In this document: piece after piece, positions 60,572-64,000 of the stretch
Layout: each line of letters begins with the position of its first letter
Numbering within the stretch: position 1 is the stretch's first letter
DNA from: Setoptus koraiensis
Taxonomy: Eukaryota; Animalia; Arthropoda
Length of the DNA stretch: 64,000 bases
Direction of reading: 5' to 3'
Assembly: GCA_048013815.1 (NCBI GenBank)
Contig: CM106585.1
Location: 1,054,001-1,118,000 of the forward strand
Translations under genes and position numbers: made by a program
Notes under the pieces: generated by a model
Database searches by the model: none
Seen by the model: only the letters and a program-made list of their open reading frames with translations
Told to the model about the DNA's origin: nothing

Positions 60572-63482
60572 ATGATCGACAATTATTCAATTCTTCAAGT
60601 GAAACCTGAAACTATCTGCATCATTGGACAAGGTCTCAGAACTGAACTAAACAATAATGAAGAATTCATTAGATTTGTCACCCATAGGCACGACTTCGTG
60701 AACATCGAATACTTCACCGATGCAACAAACATCATTAGCTCAAATTTATTCAACAATGATAAACAACATGATTCTTCCGGATCTCTTTCTGATGGTTTAA
60801 GCCCCAAGCCAATACTATTTGTTCTGAAAGACTTCGAGGGAAACGACTTTGACACTCTAACTCAGAACAAATGTTCTATAATGGGCGCCACATGTTTTTT
60901 GCAATCAATTATGCAAAACAAGCCAATCACTATGGTTCCACGTGACAGACCTCTACATAATTTGGCAATGCAAGATCTGCTTCTCAGCATCAGTGGAATA
61001 AGACCCAGAGAGGAGGGGGTAAGTTATTAAAAACTGCCACGTAACGTACGCTTCAAGGCTCCAGTGCGGGATTCTACTTCGTCTTGTTGGCGCCGCGTTT
61101 ATATTCCTGCCCTGTTGACCTGTTGATTTCGAGCAATTTTGAAATTGCAAAACTAATAACAACTAAAACTTATGTTCAACACACCTACTCTATATAGGAC
61201 AACCTTCTTTCCCTAACGAGGTATATGGGAGCAAAATCACGGAAAGATATTACTCAAAAAACTACCCATATCGTCGCAGGCAGTGTCCATGGTTCCAAGT
61301 ACAGAGTAAGTAACCCGAAGCGACTAACTTGATCGATCAAATTCAAGTATAATAAATTACAAAAATCCTAGCTAATGTATAAACATCTACTATATGATCT
61401 TGCCTATATCGCATCTATACCTGATCATCATGAAGCGTGCTGTCGAGTTAGGCATCCACATAATGAGCCCGGATTGGGTATTGTTCTGCTATGAGAGGAG
61501 ATTCGATTTGGACTTCACTGCCAACCATGCCAGCATTATCCAGAAATATAGATTACAACCATTCCACGGCCTACGACTTGCATTTCCACACTTCGACCCA
61601 GACGAGGTGAAAGAAATGTGTGATCTTACACTCAATAACGGCGGCTTTATTGTTGATTCCTCTGATCCAACATGTAGTCACATAGTCGTTAACGCCCTCA
61701 GTGGGGATGACGGAATCTATGAACAGCTCAAAGAGATCGAGCAGTCTTCTAAAGCTTATACGGTATATAAAGAGTGGTTCTGGGCCTCTTTGCAAATGCT
61801 CTGCCGTGCCAATGAACAAGTATTCGCCGTGCCAGGCCTTGGTACATTGACAAGGCGAGAATCTCAAGCACGTCGACTATCCATCGGGTATCAGTCCATG
61901 AATAATGTTTTGAGTCCAATGTTGGATTACTCGAGGTCTCCAGATAGCCTTGAAACAGGACGTAGGGCGTCTCGTCGTTTGAGTCTTATGGTAACCCCGA
62001 AAAGTCAACTGGATTTAACCACTATAACCCCTCGCCATCGCGCTTGCTTAGAACTGCTTCAGACAGAGAGAAATTACGTTCAGGTTCTTGAAACAATCGT
62101 GACACTTTTTAAGGTTCCTCTAGAGAATCCAGAGCTTGGTGAACCAATACTCGATGCGACTGAGATCAAGGTTATTTTTGGAAACCTGGTACCGATATAT
62201 GATGTGCACAAGAGGATGTTGAAAGATTTGGAAAGGACCATTGAATTTGATTGGAAAGAATCTCACAGTATTGGAAGAATTTTTGTTAGTCATTCGATGG
62301 ACTTGTTGAAGGCTTATCCACCGTTCGTGAACTTTTTTGAAGATACAAAGAAAACTGTCACAGAATGTGACAATAAATACCCTAGGTTCCACGCTTTCCT
62401 CAAAAAATGCCAAAGCAAAAAAGAATGTGGTCGAGAATCTCTATCTGAAATGCTGATAAGACCAGTCCAAAGATTACCTAGTATAATGCTTCTCATAACT
62501 GAATTGATAAAGCGAACTGCCGAAACTAATCCTGATCATGGATTCCTGAAGGAAGCATTAGAGAGGGTTAGGCAGGTTATGAATCTTATCAATGAAGATA
62601 AGAGAAAGACTGAGGGACAAATAGCAATGTTCGAAATCTTGAGCAACATTGAAGACTGTCCTCCATATTTACTATCTGCCAATAGGAGATTCATTTGTAA
62701 GGCAGAAGCTAGGCTCCTGGTTACGGATTCGGACAATTATATAATTCCATTCAAAAGCCATAAAGTCGTTATTCTCCTATTTAACGATCTTTTGGAGATC
62801 TGCAAGCTTAGATCACTGAAGAGATCTCACTCAGCATCGGCTCGATCTTACGGTCCCATTCGACGAAATATACATGGTTCTGTTCGAATGTCCAATAAAA
62901 AGCAATATCGCCATTTGGATGAACTGCGATTAGAAGATATAAAGAGAGTCTATCGCAAATGCCAGTCCTCAGATCTGACTGAGGCAATAGTTGTACAAGC
63001 AAGCCCTTCTACAAAATATCAAAACTTTCGCACGTACCCACTTTTGATCGATGACAAGGAGATCACGAAGGATCAATTTTTGGATCATGTTGAGAGATGC
63101 GCCATCGAGTTCGTTGAAGACGGAGGCATTCAGGTTAGTTTTGACACAAAATTTCCTAGCGAATTATACATATCGAGAATTTCTAGAGGAATCATCAATA
63201 ATACTTTTGTGCTCGTTAATTCATACACACCACAGAAATTGGTCATGGAAGATAAGCCATTATCTAGTGATGAAATAGATTTCAGGTACTCGGAAGTTCT
63301 CGCAAAATCGATGGCCAAATCGAGGTTAGTAGTTGGTGCTGTAATATCTTCTAAATCGTTATACTAGTTTTATACTGTAATAATGAACATTCATTTCTTT
63401 CGATTTTTTCCCTCTTAGACTTTCCAGACTTTCCATACGTCAAACTTTTTCACCCTCGGTGTATAGGGAACGAGTGGGATAG
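60572..63482 (+). CDS. ECT2: RhoGEF ECT2/pebble; exons 60572..61018, 61198..61305, 61436..63133, 63236..63324, 63419..63482 (801 aa)
   Basis: BRCT repeats (RYMGAKSRKDITQKTTHIVA; IMSPDWV; PFHGLRLAF...CSHIVV; VYKEWFWAS), DH domain (ELLQTERNYV...LIRPVQRLPS) and PH domain. Splice sites are phase-consistent. The exon 3 acceptor (aag) and the last two exons are less certain. Confidence 0.93.
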
Positions 63483-63853
63483 AAACACAAACGACTCATT
63501 TTAGACCAAATACGCCGTGAATGTCGATACTGGCGAACTGTAATATAATAAATATAGCTAATCTCGGTCCAGTGGGCCGGCTTATCACGATAACGTAGAT
63601 CTTTTGGTGACACGGTTTCTCCCCGCTTCATTCACTAACGGTTCTACGGGTGAACTGTAAAACTATAAATCTTGCTAATATTGATCAGTGTAGTCAGTGG
63701 GAGGGAGAGCTTTTTATGAGTTGTGTTTTATTTCTGAAAATATTGTTACAACTATATAGAGCTATTTCTTGTGTGATAGTATGATAGCATTTAACATGAT
63801 TGGAATATATACAAAACGATAAAAAAATATCGCTGCGGTGGCAAGCTCTTGAT

Positions 63854-64000
63854 TTACTTAGGCTTGGCCTCCTGGTCATTAACATTTCTTATGTAAATAC
63901 AGTCGGGCGGGATATCTCTTAATTTGTCGCAATCATCGTTCTCGTGCAAGTAAGAAGACGCAATCGCAATGAGACTACCATCCGGCGAAAAACTGAGAGA
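63854..64000 (-). CDS. BUB3: Mitotic checkpoint protein BUB3, 3' end (partial; continues beyond the window)
   Basis: The reverse strand translates to SLSFSPDGSLIAIASSYLHENDD...IPPDCIYIRNVNDQEAKPK*, matching human BUB3 SLAFSNDGTTLAIASSYMYE...EDGIFIRQVTDAETKPK. Not in the supplied ORF track. Confidence 0.92.
   Translation of the reverse strand, partial: SLSFSPDGSLIAIASSYLHENDDCDKLRDIPPDCIYIRNVNDQEAKPK

Noticed and set aside
60572-64000. ECT2 and BUB3 adjacency as a mitotic gene cluster
   Set aside because: They are convergent and share no promoter, and neighbouring genes are functionally unrelated. Chance adjacency is sufficient.

Overview
Eukaryotic, AT-rich, compact and intron-poor arthropod genomic DNA. 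Short introns, dense convergent/divergent gene packing and abundant (CAA)n/(TG)n/(GA)n microsatellites would fit a miniaturised mite such as an eriophyoid, but that assignment is inference. Recognisable genes in order: 5' exons of a PAN/apple (ZP-family cuticle) gene (-), then about 9 kb of microsatellite-rich non-coding DNA, TBC1D22 (-), WBP2 (+), an intronless 1449-aa CAP-Gly protein (+), PRPF18 (+), a C-terminal-half-only SRPK (+), RAD1 (-), a UCH-L1/L3-like deubiquitinase (+), MTRES1 (-), two orphan ORFs (-), a secreted Cys-rich protein (-), tentative secreted/membrane genes at 40-46 kb, PPAT (-), AP2A (-), MYEF2/hnRNP M (+), ECT2/pebble (+) and the 3' end of BUB3 (-). Exon boundaries were read by eye from splice-site consensus and frame continuity. 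The most unusual observations: (1) an SRPK kinase reduced to the half after the spacer, 116 bp behind PRPF18, with no N-terminal half found in the window; (2) a 319-bp element with bipartite inverted ends, one of which resembles a RAG recombination signal (Transib-like); (3) a TA-flanked 252-bp MITE; (4) two stop-free 3n introns hidden inside long ORFs; (5) a galectin-3-like tandem repeat in WBP2; (6) MYEF2 lacking RRM3. No CRISPR array, rRNA or tRNA was found.
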